Source of the DNA: Candidatus Cloacimonadales bacterium
GTDB taxonomy: Bacteria; Cloacimonadota; Cloacimonadia; Cloacimonadales; JAIOQZ01
Direction of reading: 5' to 3'
NCBI GenBank assembly: GCA_963662655.2
Contig: CAXXTU010000002.1
Coordinates: forward strand, 1,600,001 to 1,664,000
Length of the DNA stretch: 64,000 nt
The notes beneath the pieces were generated by a model. It worked only from the letters and a program-made list of their open reading frames with translations. It was not told where the DNA came from and made no database searches. The position numbers were made by a program, and so were the translations under genes. Below, piece after piece: positions 51,413-61,772 of this stretch (position 1 is its first letter; the number at the start of each line of letters is the position of its first letter).

Positions 51413-51459
51413 TGGCTTGCTGAGCGTATGCGAGTCGACAACGAGTGGAGCGAGCGGTT

Positions 51460-52755
51460 TTATTCTTCTCTGACGATGGGAATCATGGAGATGTCAACCG
51501 ATTCCCTCATCGGATTTCCGGCCGGATCGCAGGTCTTTTTACCAATGGTAAGGACGTAGGTATTGTAGTTGGTCAGTGTTGATTCCGGTCGGAGCACAAA
51601 CCGGCTCGAATTGCCCTCGACGATCTCGACCCCGATGCTTTCTCCGGTTTCCACGGATCGCATGGTGAGATCGATATTGTCGGATAGAATCATCTCGGAG
51701 AACTTGATCTCGATATCGGGCATGCGAGTTTCGATCGAGGTGCCGTTGCGGGGAACTGTGTACAGCACTCGCGGGGCAGTAGTATCCGCATGCGCAACGC
51801 CCTGATAGAAGATCGAGTCGATCTCGGAGTAGTTTTCTTTGAAATCTACCAGATTTCGGATATCGAGCTTGTATTTGAGCGTATCATGAACCGCGGTGAG
51901 TATGTGAAGCGTATCCTCGAAGACATTGTACTGGATAATCGGCAGCTCCGAATTCAGAGAATCCTGCGCCGTGATGCGAATCGATCCGATCGATTTCGGC
52001 ACTTCCGAGAAGAAGGCTATCAGTTGCGTACCGGAAAGCGTTTTCACATCTCGCAGTGAGGGAGCCAGGCTGTCCTCGTACGCCATTTGCCAAGTGAGTA
52101 CCTGATTCTTTTCAAGTTCGACCTCGCTGCGGAAATAGGGTTCCTCTCCGTAGTTGTAGGAGTTGTTACCGGTAAGGTCGATGTATGACTCGATGATGTA
52201 CTTGCCCGGATTCAGGTTATCGAGAATGTAGTTATCGCCGGTTATTACTTGCTTAAAAACGTTAACCGTATCGGCGTCGAAAAGCGAGAATTGAATATCT
52301 TTTCCCGCGTCGGCAGCAGATTCGTATTCGATGTCGCCGGAAAGTCGCATCCGCTGTAATTCACCGCTGGCAAAGGTGAACAGATAGTCCTTATCGAGTG
52401 TGTTACCGTGCATCCCCTTGATGTTCTGGCTGAACATTAAATAGTAGTTCGTGTTTTCTTCCAGGCGTTCGTAGATACGAATCTGGACGGTATTGTCGTC
52501 CGTCCACCTGTATTTCTTCTGAAGGATCGTAGGGTAGATATGGATTCCGGTCAGGATCGTTGCACGGTCGATGGGCTTGGAAAACGTCACTTCGATTCTG
52601 CCGCCGGAGATCGATTCGAACTCACCGGGATCAACGTTCACCAACTCCGGCTTCACGGTGTCCTTGGGGCCTCCGGAAGGCTCCTTCTCGCTCCCGCAAC
52701 AACACAGGAAAATCGCCATTGCAATAACAAGCAGCAGACTAAAAACCTTTCTCAA
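51460..52755 (-). CDS. Lipoprotein with bacterial Ig-like (Big_5-type) domains
   Basis: Lipoprotein signal then PSGGPKDTVKP, FSKPID, DT.AP...P.NG...FSE; TTG start inferred. Confidence 0.75.
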   Translation of the reverse strand: MRKVFSLLLVIAMAIFLCCCGSEKEPSGGPKDTVKPELVNVDPGEFESISGGRIEVTFSKPIDRATILTGIHIYPTILQKKYRWTDDNTVQIRIYERLEENTNYYLMFSQNIKGMHGNTLDKDYLFTFASGELQRMRLSGDIEYESAADAGKDIQFSLFDADTVNVFKQVITGDNYILDNLNPGKYIIESYIDLTGNNSYNYGEEPYFRSEVELEKNQVLTWQMAYEDSLAPSLRDVKTLSGTQLIAFFSEVPKSIGSIRITAQDSLNSELPIIQYNVFEDTLHILTAVHDTLKYKLDIRNLVDFKENYSEIDSIFYQGVAHADTTAPRVLYTVPRNGTSIETRMPDIEIKFSEMILSDNIDLTMRSVETGESIGVEIVEGNSSRFVLRPESTLTNYNTYVLTIGKKTCDPAGNPMRESVDISMIPIVREE

Positions 52756-53374
52756 GCAACCACTCCTCTGTAATTCCCGTAGACTTCCTCTCGAAATATC
52801 TCGCGATGTATTTCCCCAGGACATCGTACTCGACGTTGATCGAATCTCCCGTCTTCAAGCTGCGCAGATTGGTCGATTGCAGGGTGTGCCCGATCAGAGC
52901 GACCGTCAACGAATGCGTCGAGAGACGCGCGACGGTCAGGCTGACGCCGTTCAGCGCGACCGATCCCTGTGGAACAATCAGCTTCTGCGAGTCCTGCGGA
53001 AGCTCGACCTCCAGATAGAGGGTGTCCCCCTCGGTTCGCGTCGCAAGGACTCTGGATACGCCATCGACATGTCCCTGAACGATGTGACCGTCGAACCGTC
53101 CGCCTGCCTGCATGGCACGTTCAAGGTTGATCGGAGCGCCCTGTTTCCAGCCAATCGCCGTTGTCTTGAGCAGGGTTTCCTGCATCGCTTCCAGCGTGAT
53201 GCTGCGGTCGTCGAACCGGATCACCGTAAGGCATGCGCCGTTGCAAGCAACGCTGTCGCCAATCTTCAACTGCCGATTGACGAGCTTGCAGTCGATCGTA
53301 AAAAAACGTTTCGCACCGCGATTCTCTATACGAGCAATCGCGCCGGTCTCCTCGATGATCCCTGTAAACATCAA
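52739..53374 (-). CDS. ribE: Riboflavin synthase (alpha chain)
   Basis: MFTGIIEE, GDSVACNGACLTV, GHIVQGHVDG. Confidence 0.95.
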   Translation of the reverse strand: MMFTGIIEETGAIARIENRGAKRFFTIDCKLVNRQLKIGDSVACNGACLTVIRFDDRSITLEAMQETLLKTTAIGWKQGAPINLERAMQAGGRFDGHIVQGHVDGVSRVLATRTEGDTLYLEVELPQDSQKLIVPQGSVALNGVSLTVARLSTHSLTVALIGHTLQSTNLRSLKTGDSINVEYDVLGKYIARYFERKSTGITEEWLLEKGF

Positions 53375-53967
53375 TCCATCCTGAACCTGCGCTTGAACGC
53401 GTTGCTCAGCGTCACCGGACTGGTATACTCCAGATCGCCGCCGAACGGAATGCCGGTCGAAAGCCTCGTTATGCCGATGTCCCGGCTTTTGAGAATCGTC
53501 GCGATGTATTCCATGGTCGCCTCGCCCTCCGTGGAGGGATTCAGCGCGAGAATCACCTCATCCGGCTGCATCTGTTCAAGATAGCGCATCAGCCCGGGGA
53601 TATGAATCTCATCGGGCCCGATCCCCTCGATCGGCGAGAGAAGCTTGCCCAGGACGAAATACCTGCCCCGGAATTCATGCAATCGTTCGATCGCCAGCAC
53701 ATCCGCCGCTGTCTCGACAATGCACAAACGCGCGTCCTCCCGCGAGGGATCGGTGCAGTACGCGCACGGATCGCTCTGGGTGAGCATGTTACACCGGCTG
53801 CATGTGGTGATGGATTCAACCGCCTCGCGAATGCTTCCCGCTAGTTCCAACGCGTTTTCACGTGAACCGCTGACCAACTGCAACGCCATGCGCTGCGCGG
53901 TCCGGCTCCCGATTCCGGGTAATTTCTTGAGGTTGTCGACCAGTGATTTCAGGATGCTTTCGAGCAT
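53371..53967 (-). CDS. recR: Recombination mediator RecR
   Basis: LPGIGSRTAQR HhH, C4 zinc finger, CIVE, EGEAT Toprim. Confidence 0.95.
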   Translation of the reverse strand: MLESILKSLVDNLKKLPGIGSRTAQRMALQLVSGSRENALELAGSIREAVESITTCSRCNMLTQSDPCAYCTDPSREDARLCIVETAADVLAIERLHEFRGRYFVLGKLLSPIEGIGPDEIHIPGLMRYLEQMQPDEVILALNPSTEGEATMEYIATILKSRDIGITRLSTGIPFGGDLEYTSPVTLSNAFKRRFRMD

Positions 53968-53969
53968 GA

Positions 53970-54296
53970 TCAGAAGAGGCCAGGGATATTCATTCCGCCG
54001 GTGAGTTTTGACATCTCGCTTTCGCTGCTGCGGGAGATTTTTTCCACGCATTCGCGGAAAGCTGCGATAATAAGGTCCTCGAGCATCTCGACATCATCGG
54101 GATCAACGGCTTCCGGATCAATTTTCAGCGTCTTCAATTCGTATTTACCGTTCATCACGACGGTCACCATGCCGCCGCCGGATGTCGCCTCAACCTCGCG
54201 ATTCGCCAACTCTTCCTGCGCCTTCATGAGGTCTTGCTGCATCTTCTTCGCCTGCTTCATCAGGTCGTTCATACCTTTTTTTCCACCAGGAAACAT
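53970..54296 (-). CDS. ybaB: YbaB/EbfC nucleoid-associated protein
   Basis: MKQAKKMQ, SGGGMV, DVEMLEDLI; adjacent to recR. Confidence 0.92.
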   Translation of the reverse strand: MFPGGKKGMNDLMKQAKKMQQDLMKAQEELANREVEATSGGGMVTVVMNGKYELKTLKIDPEAVDPDDVEMLEDLIIAAFRECVEKISRSSESEMSKLTGGMNIPGLF

Positions 54297-54359
54297 GATT
54301 TTCTCCTTGTATAATGATGAGTTTAGATTGATTTATATAGAAATTCTGTCAACCGTTAT

Positions 54360-55019
54360 TCAATCCGACAAGTTCAGTATCTCGATAGCCCGATCTACGA
54401 TGATTTCGGCACCGGCCTGCCTCAGGGCGTCTTTCGTACAAAATCCCCATGACACGCCAACCGGCAGAATCCCAGCGTTCAGCGCCGTTTGGATATCCAC
54501 ATGCATATCACCCACATACGCCGCCTTCTCCCGTGATATCCCCATCTGCTCGATCATGTGAAGCGTGCTGGCGGGATCCGGCTTGGCAGGAAATCCCTTG
54601 TGGTGCCCCATCACGAATGTGAAGGGGTGCTCCGGGAAGAAATGTCGCACCATCTCACGGGTAAAATCGTCCGGCTTATTGGACAATACACAGGTCTTTA
54701 CGCCCCTTTCGCGGAGCTTTGCGAGAAGCTCTTCGATTCCGGGATAGATAACCGTCTCACCAGCCCAGCCTTTGGCGTAGTTCACGCGGAATTTCTCGAC
54801 GATCCGCGCCACATTCTCATCGTCTCGATTCGCCTGTGGCAGCGCGGCCCTCACCAATTCAAAAACACCATTTCCAACAAATCCGCGGAAGGCCTCCACC
54901 GAGTGGGTCTGTAAGCCTTCCTCGATAAACGCAAGGTTAAGGCTGTTCGCGATATCCGCAAGCGTGTCCAGCAGCGTCCCGTCCAGATCGAATAGCATTG
55001 CCTCGATGCTCATCGTCAA
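54360..55019 (-). CDS. HAD-family hydrolase (phosphoglycolate phosphatase-like)
   Basis: FDLDGTLLDT, LSNK, KPDP, VGD. Confidence 0.87.
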   Translation of the reverse strand: MTMSIEAMLFDLDGTLLDTLADIANSLNLAFIEEGLQTHSVEAFRGFVGNGVFELVRAALPQANRDDENVARIVEKFRVNYAKGWAGETVIYPGIEELLAKLRERGVKTCVLSNKPDDFTREMVRHFFPEHPFTFVMGHHKGFPAKPDPASTLHMIEQMGISREKAAYVGDMHVDIQTALNAGILPVGVSWGFCTKDALRQAGAEIIVDRAIEILNLSD

Positions 55020-56311
55020 ACCTCTTCTTTCGAGAACATCCCGGAAGCGAGTACCTCGGAAATAGTGTAAAGCGACCCGGTAATGATCACGATATCGTCG
55101 TCGCTTGCCTCGGTCAAAGCCATTTTCACGGCATTGAGAACCCCGTCGGCAACATCGAACGACGTCGCCTTTTCACGGGCAACGGCTGCCTGCTCCTCGA
55201 CATCCGCCGCGCGTTCCGACTGATTCTTCGTAATGATCAACCGGTCCGCAATAGTACATATATCCTCGATCATCCTGTCCAATTTCTTGTCGCGCAAGAT
55301 CGCCGTCACGAAGAGCAGTCGCTTGCCGGGGAACATCACTTTCACGTTCTCGACCAGGGCCTTCACGCCCTCTTCGTTATGTGCGCCGTCGATGATCACG
55401 GTGGGATCCCGGTGAAGAATCTGCATGCGCCCCATCCAGTTGACCTGCATCAGCGCCTGACGAATCTTCTCCGTATCAAACGCGAGCTCCCGCCGATTCA
55501 TGTACGTGATGAACGCTGTAATCGCCGTTGCCGCGTTATTCGCCTGATGCTGCCCCAAAAGATTCACGCAAACGTCCCGCAGCTCGATGCCAAGCTTGTC
55601 GCAACGATAGTCGAACCACGTTCCCGCAGAATCCATGCGGACGTTCCCGACCGTGAAATCCTCGCCAAATCGCAGAACAAGCGACTTCTTTTCTTCGGCA
55701 ACATCCAGGATGACCTTCGCCGCCTGCTCGGGCATGCGTCCCATTACGAGCGGGGTTCCTTCCTTCAGGATGCCGGCCTTCTCGTAGGCGATCTTCTCGA
55801 TGGAATCGCCCAGGCTCTTGGGATGATCAATCGATATACCGGTGATCACACTCACCGTACTCTGGAAAGGATTGGTTCCGTCCAGCCTGCCGCCCAGTCC
55901 GACTTCTATGACGGCGGTATCGAGGCTCAGTTGGTCGAACAGATTGAAGGCCATGGCAGTGCTGATCTCGAAGAACGAGGCTTCGGTCTCATCGAAATCC
56001 TTTTGCCATTTGAAATAGGTTTCCAATAACTGCTGATAGGGGATGTTCTCACCGTTAATGCGGAAGCGCTCACAGAAATCCACCAAATGCGGGGAGGTGT
56101 TCATGCCCGTTGTCTGGCCGTGCGCAAGGGCCATCGCCTCGCACATGGCGGAAACGGAGCCTTTGCCGTTCGTGCCGGCGACGTGGATGCCCTTGAGCCT
56201 CCCTTCCGGCGACCCCATCCTCTCCAGAATGGCATACATGCGGTCTAGCCCCAGCTTTACATTGCTGGAGTGCCGCTGGTATATGGTCTCGAGAAATGTT
56301 TTATAGTCCAT
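55016..56311 (-). CDS. folC: Folylpolyglutamate synthase/dihydrofolate synthase
   Basis: HVAGTNGKGS, TSPHL, EVGLGGRLD.TN, DGAHN. Confidence 0.95.
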   Translation of the reverse strand: MDYKTFLETIYQRHSSNVKLGLDRMYAILERMGSPEGRLKGIHVAGTNGKGSVSAMCEAMALAHGQTTGMNTSPHLVDFCERFRINGENIPYQQLLETYFKWQKDFDETEASFFEISTAMAFNLFDQLSLDTAVIEVGLGGRLDGTNPFQSTVSVITGISIDHPKSLGDSIEKIAYEKAGILKEGTPLVMGRMPEQAAKVILDVAEEKKSLVLRFGEDFTVGNVRMDSAGTWFDYRCDKLGIELRDVCVNLLGQHQANNAATAITAFITYMNRRELAFDTEKIRQALMQVNWMGRMQILHRDPTVIIDGAHNEEGVKALVENVKVMFPGKRLLFVTAILRDKKLDRMIEDICTIADRLIITKNQSERAADVEEQAAVAREKATSFDVADGVLNAVKMALTEASDDDIVIITGSLYTISEVLASGMFSKEEV

Positions 56312-56387
56312 CTTTCCTCTATGCTGTATGATAATAAAAAACCTCCAAGCAACGCCTGAAGGTTTTCAAAGATTTTTCCGGGACAAT

Positions 56388-56837
56388 TTATTTGAACTGC
56401 GGAGGAAGCTTGTGATCGGGAAATTCTTTTTCCCAGGGGCAAGTTACGGTGATCTCGATCAGGTTCTTCTTCTCTTCTTCCGGAAGGTATTTCCTTCTTT
56501 CCGGGTCCATGTTCCTGCCTTCTTCCGTCCAGAGTCCCTTAATGATGTATTTGTCGCCTGCTGCTTTTTCAGGGCATTCGAGAACTGCTTCAAGGTATCC
56601 CATACGCTTCAGGTCGGATGTGTCTTCGCTGCCGTCCGCGTTGAATTCGAGGTTGCGTTCGATCATATAACGTTGAACAGCAAAATAGATTTGTTCCATG
56701 TTCTTCACGCATTGTTCGGATTTCTCTTTCGCTTCGAGATCGTAAAACTGTGGTAGAGCAAGTACGAAGATCATTGCCAGGAACGAGACGATGCTGATCA
56801 CTTTATAGATGCTGAACCCATGGTTGTTATGTAACAT
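56388..56837 (-). CDS. Pilin/pseudopilin-like membrane-anchored protein
   Basis: G|FSIYK followed by a hydrophobic helix ending LPQF; C..NM..I and CP motifs. Confidence 0.5.
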   Translation of the reverse strand: MLHNNHGFSIYKVISIVSFLAMIFVLALPQFYDLEAKEKSEQCVKNMEQIYFAVQRYMIERNLEFNADGSEDTSDLKRMGYLEAVLECPEKAAGDKYIIKGLWTEEGRNMDPERRKYLPEEEKKNLIEITVTCPWEKEFPDHKLPPQFK

Positions 56838-56988
56838 GTTTTCTCCCGCATGATTTTTTCAAAAGTTTTGCCTGTGTGTGTTTCCCGTCAAGTTTTTTAT
56901 CGGGCGTTTTGGTCACAGTCACCATCTCCATTCGCGAACGTTACCGATTCGAGATTATTCTCTATTGGGATCACATTTATGAATCTCC

Positions 56989-57984
56989 CTATCGCAGATG
57001 CAGGATTCGTTTTACGGTTGTGTGATTACTGGTGCTAATTCTTACGAAATAAACACCGCTGGGATGATTCTGAAATTGGATGGTCTGCTGTTGCGTTCCG
57101 ATGTTGGATACATTCCGGCATATTTCTGCGACTTTTCTGCCCCTGACGTTGTAAATGCTGATTTCGACGGTTTGTGGTTTCGCGATTTGGTATTGTATTG
57201 TAGCCGTGTCGTGGGCCGGTTGTGGGAAAATGGCGATAGAAGGATGTTCCGGTTCTGTCTCATCGTCTATCGAGACCCCGTCCCAATAAGTGATTAACAA
57301 CTTAGGCTTGTCCCAATCTACTGCGCTATCAGACGTGATAAACGATACCATATCGGTCAATTCATCATAATCTGTATCGATCTCGAACGCGATCCGGTAC
57401 TGGCTGTTAGTGCGTCCTGATTCGTAATCCTGCAGTACGCAATCCGTAACATTGAGGTAACGATACCCGACTTCTCCATGACTATTGGGTTCACTCATGC
57501 CGGCAGCAGTGATCGTTCCCACATTGTGGGTGAAGGTGTGTTCGTTACCGATATCACCCTTCTCCCAGTCGTCGAACCAAAGTGTATCTCCGTAATCGAT
57601 ATGGCTTAGGATGCAACTGACCGTGTCACCATTTTCAACATTCCATTCGGGAAAAGTGAGTAACCCCGTTCCAGGGCCATAGCCCCAACTCAGCATTTGA
57701 TAAAATCTGATTTGAACATTCGTGATTCCATATCCGGTAGGAACATCAGGCAAAGGAAAGGATACAAAGGAGCGTTGTGCACTATTGGCTGGTAAAGATA
57801 TTGTCTCCTGAATATCTCCAATATGCATTTCGTACGTCCAATCGTTCATGGAGTAAGGATAGCCTTCAGAAGTGTATGCAATAGCACCATCCAGTTCAGG
57901 GTCTGCGTACACGCTATCGACGTAGGTGTGAGCGGAGAGTACTGAGAGGGCAAATATCAGGCTCAGCAGAATCGCGTATTTCAT
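56989..57984 (-). CDS. Secreted protein with C-terminal sorting domain
   Basis: Signal peptide; FPQP...IYNVRGRKV...SGVYFVRI...KRILHLR. Confidence 0.75.
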   Translation of the reverse strand: MKYAILLSLIFALSVLSAHTYVDSVYADPELDGAIAYTSEGYPYSMNDWTYEMHIGDIQETISLPANSAQRSFVSFPLPDVPTGYGITNVQIRFYQMLSWGYGPGTGLLTFPEWNVENGDTVSCILSHIDYGDTLWFDDWEKGDIGNEHTFTHNVGTITAAGMSEPNSHGEVGYRYLNVTDCVLQDYESGRTNSQYRIAFEIDTDYDELTDMVSFITSDSAVDWDKPKLLITYWDGVSIDDETEPEHPSIAIFPQPAHDTATIQYQIAKPQTVEISIYNVRGRKVAEICRNVSNIGTQQQTIQFQNHPSGVYFVRISTSNHTTVKRILHLR

Positions 57985-58188
57985 TTTCATCTCCATTTCG
58001 CAAGCGCCACTCTTGGGGTTTGTTTTGATTCTGTGACCAATCGAATGGGTAGAGACGGTCCTCAAATGTCGTGCTGAGTGATCGCAAAGCGATCGTATCG
58101 ATGTATTGACATCGTCCGATCCTTCGATACACCCCGATCAATCGGGCTCTCAGGGTGACATAAACATTCGCAATAAACCTGCATCTCA

Positions 58189-61100
58189 CTATTTCAGCAA
58201 CAGCGCTTTTCGCACCGTGTCGATCTGGCCTGTTTGCAACCGGATGAAGTAAACTCCGCTCGATACGGGCTTTTTCTCTTCATTCAATCCTTCCCAGGTA
58301 ATCTTGTGGGCTCCGGCCGGCAGCTTGTCATCCAGAAGTCTTGTCACCTTCTGCCCTTTGATGTTGTAGATATCGATTTTAACATGTCTTACGCCGCTGA
58401 GGGAGAACATGATGTTCGTCTCCGGGTTGAAGGGATTGGGGTAATTCCCGGTAAAGCGGTCCACCTTGGGCGCATCCTGCTCCGCAATACCCTCATCGAT
58501 TCCGGTAATATAATCGCCGGTGCCGAACGCTGGCGCCGACTGATATTCAACCGCGTTTCCCACATCGTCCACCGCGACAATCCTGATATCGACCATGCTG
58601 GAATCGGCCTCGACCATCTCGCTGATATCCGCCTCGAAGGCCTTGCCGAAGACGAAGCTCAGCTCGCTTATCTCCTGCAGGAACGTAATCGGGAATTCCG
58701 TCCAGTCCCCCGTCCCGTGTTCGCGAGCATAGAAGTGAACGTTCTCGTCCGGTACGGATTGGTATTCGTATGTATCGCCGTTTGGTTCGACATCGCATAC
58801 GTCAAACCGGGCGAGCAAGCGCTGCCCACTTTCCAGAATACCCTGCGGGGTGCCGTTTTCGTCCACGAGCGTTATCATGGGAATATATGGAGGCGTCGTG
58901 TCCTCGAGTCTGTTGTCGAACTGGAAGAACACATCGATGTTTCCGGGAACATCGCCGAGGCTGTAATCGCCGTATCTCATTTCCGCCTTGTAGTATCCTG
59001 AAGAGGGCAATTCAAGCTCCATGCCGCCATTGACGCCCGAATACAGAATCTCCCCCGTCTCGTTCGTGACGGTTATTTGAAGATGATTCGCTCCCCCATT
59101 GTATTGCATTCCGCTGCCGCACAATGGCGTACCGGTCAAAGTCATTTCGTTGTTTTTAATTCTGCACAGTGAAACTAGCGTTAAGGGGAAATGTCCAAAG
59201 TAAACGTGCTCGCCAACCGGGTAGCTGGGCTCCAGAGCGGAAATATAACCGTTATCGGCCAGCGACAACCGGTCGTCCAGCAGCTTGAACACAGGAGCCA
59301 GCGCGTAAAAAAAATGATCATTTTCGCTGTTTAAGCTAAAGGAGATCGATGCTCCGTGCTCGCCCGTATAGTCGCCCGTCATCATCACGCGTCCGTTGAA
59401 AACCCCGTTTACGCTGTGGTGGCCGTGATTCTGGCTCACTCCCATATAAAATCCATCGCCCAGGCCATGCCACGAAAACACGGCAGGTGAAACGGGGAAA
59501 TCGCCCCAACCGAAATCAGCGATTGTGAAGTCCCATGTCCGGAAATCCGCCGGATCGTTTACCAGCACCATGTCTCCCATTATCCCATACAGATTATCGA
59601 ATTTTACCATGTGGAAATCGTTTTGAGCATTCCAGTTGCATACACCCGTGTAGATCATGTCAGAAGCAGGGATATCATGCGTGTAAAAGGTTTGGACGTT
59701 GAATCCCGACATGGAATACGTGAAACGGCTGTTTCGCATATTGAATCCCAGGAGATACGATGTATCGCTTCCATATTCGATTGCATCCCCGTTGATATCT
59801 CTGCCATTCAAAACGATTTCATTCATGCCATCCGATTCGGATAACACGTAATGGTTGTATCCCGGATCAGCCTCGATGCCATCCCTGTAGTAAACTCTTG
59901 TGGGACTCCCCGCGATCCGGGCAAAGCTCGAATATTCTCCAGCCGGGACATCGAATTTAATACGGTAATTATCGATTTGAGTGGATTGAAACATGTCGAA
60001 AAGGAAATCGTCATTGAACAGATATAACGAGCCAGGGATTCTATCGAACTCCAGCACAAGCTCCGAAACCTTGGTAATCGTCCAGGGGATTTTCCAGCTT
60101 CGATCCTGGCCATCAACGTTGACCCACCCGGTGAAAAACTCCAGATCATCAACGCTCAACTGCGTGTTGTCGACGGTCAGCACGACCTCGATGTCCTGCG
60201 TTTCTCCCGCCAGAAGCGTCGCAGACGATGGGTCCAGCGATATCTGCAAGGCCGGATGCGGCGATTGAGTCGTGAAACTCACCGCAGCCGTTTCATCCGA
60301 GACATTCTCCACCTGGAGGTTTATCGAAAACTCCGCCTCGACTACAAATTCTCCGCCATAACTCGTCGTATCCGGCTCGAAATTCAGGCAGTCAGGGTTG
60401 AAAAGAATACCGGGATCGACGGCTGCCATAGCATCGACTCTGCCCCCGCCCTGCTGCATGATATCGAGACCGATATCCACCGCGTTGTTGATAAACGCCG
60501 AACGCATCTGATCCGGATTCCAATCCGGATGAAGTTGTTTGATCAACGCCGCGACACCCGCCACGTGCGGAGCAGCCATCGAGGTCCCGCTCATTTCCGC
60601 TACGGTATTTCCGGGATAGGATGAAATAATCCTGTATCCCGGGGCGCATATTTCCGGCTTGATTGCGAAGTCCACCAGATTGGGGCCTTCCGAACTGAAG
60701 TTTGCCAGACTGTCTTCCAGCGTGGTTGCACCTACGGCAACTGCGCTTCGGGCCGAAGCCGGGGATCCAATCGACAATGGATTCCATTGATTGCCTGCCG
60801 CCACGCAGAAAACAATACCCACCACGGAGCCGTGATTCACCGCTTCCGATGCCGGATCGTCAGGAGTACCCCCAGTCGATCCCAGACTCATGTTGACGAC
60901 ATCCACGTGATCAGAAGAGTCGTCATCTCCATCTGGATCCGAGCAGAATTCGATTCCGGCAATCACATCACTTTGATCACCGGAGCCATACTCATCCAAC
61001 ACTCTGACTGCAAGAATCGAAGCATCCGGGGCGACGCCGCGCAGGGTGTCCGAATTCGCGGCGATGATACCGGCCACGTGCGTCCCATGACCATTTTCGT

Positions 61101-61737
61101 CCATGGGATCGTCATTGAAATGATCGAAATTATACCCGCCGATGACTTTGTATGCTGGCCCGATGCCTCCGCCCAAAGCGGGGTGAGTGTAATCGACGCC
61201 CGAATCGATCACGCCCACAACGACGCCCTCGCCGGTTGCGCCGTAATCATCCCAAACCTGATCTGCTCCGATGAACGGAACGCTTTGGTCGAGGCTTGCT
61301 CGGACGGGTTTGTTGCGATGCACCTTCTTCACATAAGGCAAATCGTTGATTTGATTGATGGCCAGACGGGGCACTGTCAGCGACATACCGCAATAGAGCT
61401 TGTAGAAGCTTCTCCCGATCTCGATCGGGGGAACATTGCGGTACTGGCCCTGAATTTCCGATTCGATGATTCGCAGGTCGCTCTCGAACTGGCTGAAGAG
61501 GCTTTGGTAGTGTGCTCGCGAATGTCCTTTCTCACTTACGAACATCGGTTCTTCGGAAAACTCGATGATGATCGAATCGATCCGGGTGAAATCCTCGTAA
61601 TTCGTAAAAGTTGTTCCATTGAATTGCACGACTTCCACGCCGTGATTTTCAGGAAGTTGCAAAAAGTCTTTATCGCCAGTAAAACCGTTGAGCATGATAA
61701 TCGTCAGAATGAAAAGAATTGTAAGAATGCGCCTCAT
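58189..61737 (-). CDS. Secreted S8 (subtilisin-like) serine peptidase with C-terminal sorting domain
   Basis: Catalytic triad motifs VIDSG, HGTHVAG, GTSMAAPHVAG; NYPNPFNPET...KALLLK. Confidence 0.92.
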   Translation of the reverse strand: MRRILTILFILTIIMLNGFTGDKDFLQLPENHGVEVVQFNGTTFTNYEDFTRIDSIIIEFSEEPMFVSEKGHSRAHYQSLFSQFESDLRIIESEIQGQYRNVPPIEIGRSFYKLYCGMSLTVPRLAINQINDLPYVKKVHRNKPVRASLDQSVPFIGADQVWDDYGATGEGVVVGVIDSGVDYTHPALGGGIGPAYKVIGGYNFDHFNDDPMDENGHGTHVAGIIAANSDTLRGVAPDASILAVRVLDEYGSGDQSDVIAGIEFCSDPDGDDDSSDHVDVVNMSLGSTGGTPDDPASEAVNHGSVVGIVFCVAAGNQWNPLSIGSPASARSAVAVGATTLEDSLANFSSEGPNLVDFAIKPEICAPGYRIISSYPGNTVAEMSGTSMAAPHVAGVAALIKQLHPDWNPDQMRSAFINNAVDIGLDIMQQGGGRVDAMAAVDPGILFNPDCLNFEPDTTSYGGEFVVEAEFSINLQVENVSDETAAVSFTTQSPHPALQISLDPSSATLLAGETQDIEVVLTVDNTQLSVDDLEFFTGWVNVDGQDRSWKIPWTITKVSELVLEFDRIPGSLYLFNDDFLFDMFQSTQIDNYRIKFDVPAGEYSSFARIAGSPTRVYYRDGIEADPGYNHYVLSESDGMNEIVLNGRDINGDAIEYGSDTSYLLGFNMRNSRFTYSMSGFNVQTFYTHDIPASDMIYTGVCNWNAQNDFHMVKFDNLYGIMGDMVLVNDPADFRTWDFTIADFGWGDFPVSPAVFSWHGLGDGFYMGVSQNHGHHSVNGVFNGRVMMTGDYTGEHGASISFSLNSENDHFFYALAPVFKLLDDRLSLADNGYISALEPSYPVGEHVYFGHFPLTLVSLCRIKNNEMTLTGTPLCGSGMQYNGGANHLQITVTNETGEILYSGVNGGMELELPSSGYYKAEMRYGDYSLGDVPGNIDVFFQFDNRLEDTTPPYIPMITLVDENGTPQGILESGQRLLARFDVCDVEPNGDTYEYQSVPDENVHFYAREHGTGDWTEFPITFLQEISELSFVFGKAFEADISEMVEADSSMVDIRIVAVDDVGNAVEYQSAPAFGTGDYITGIDEGIAEQDAPKVDRFTGNYPNPFNPETNIMFSLSGVRHVKIDIYNIKGQKVTRLLDDKLPAGAHKITWEGLNEEKKPVSSGVYFIRLQTGQIDTVRKALLLK

Positions 61738-61772
61738 AGAATACCTCCCTGCAAAGCCCCGGGGCAAGTCAA

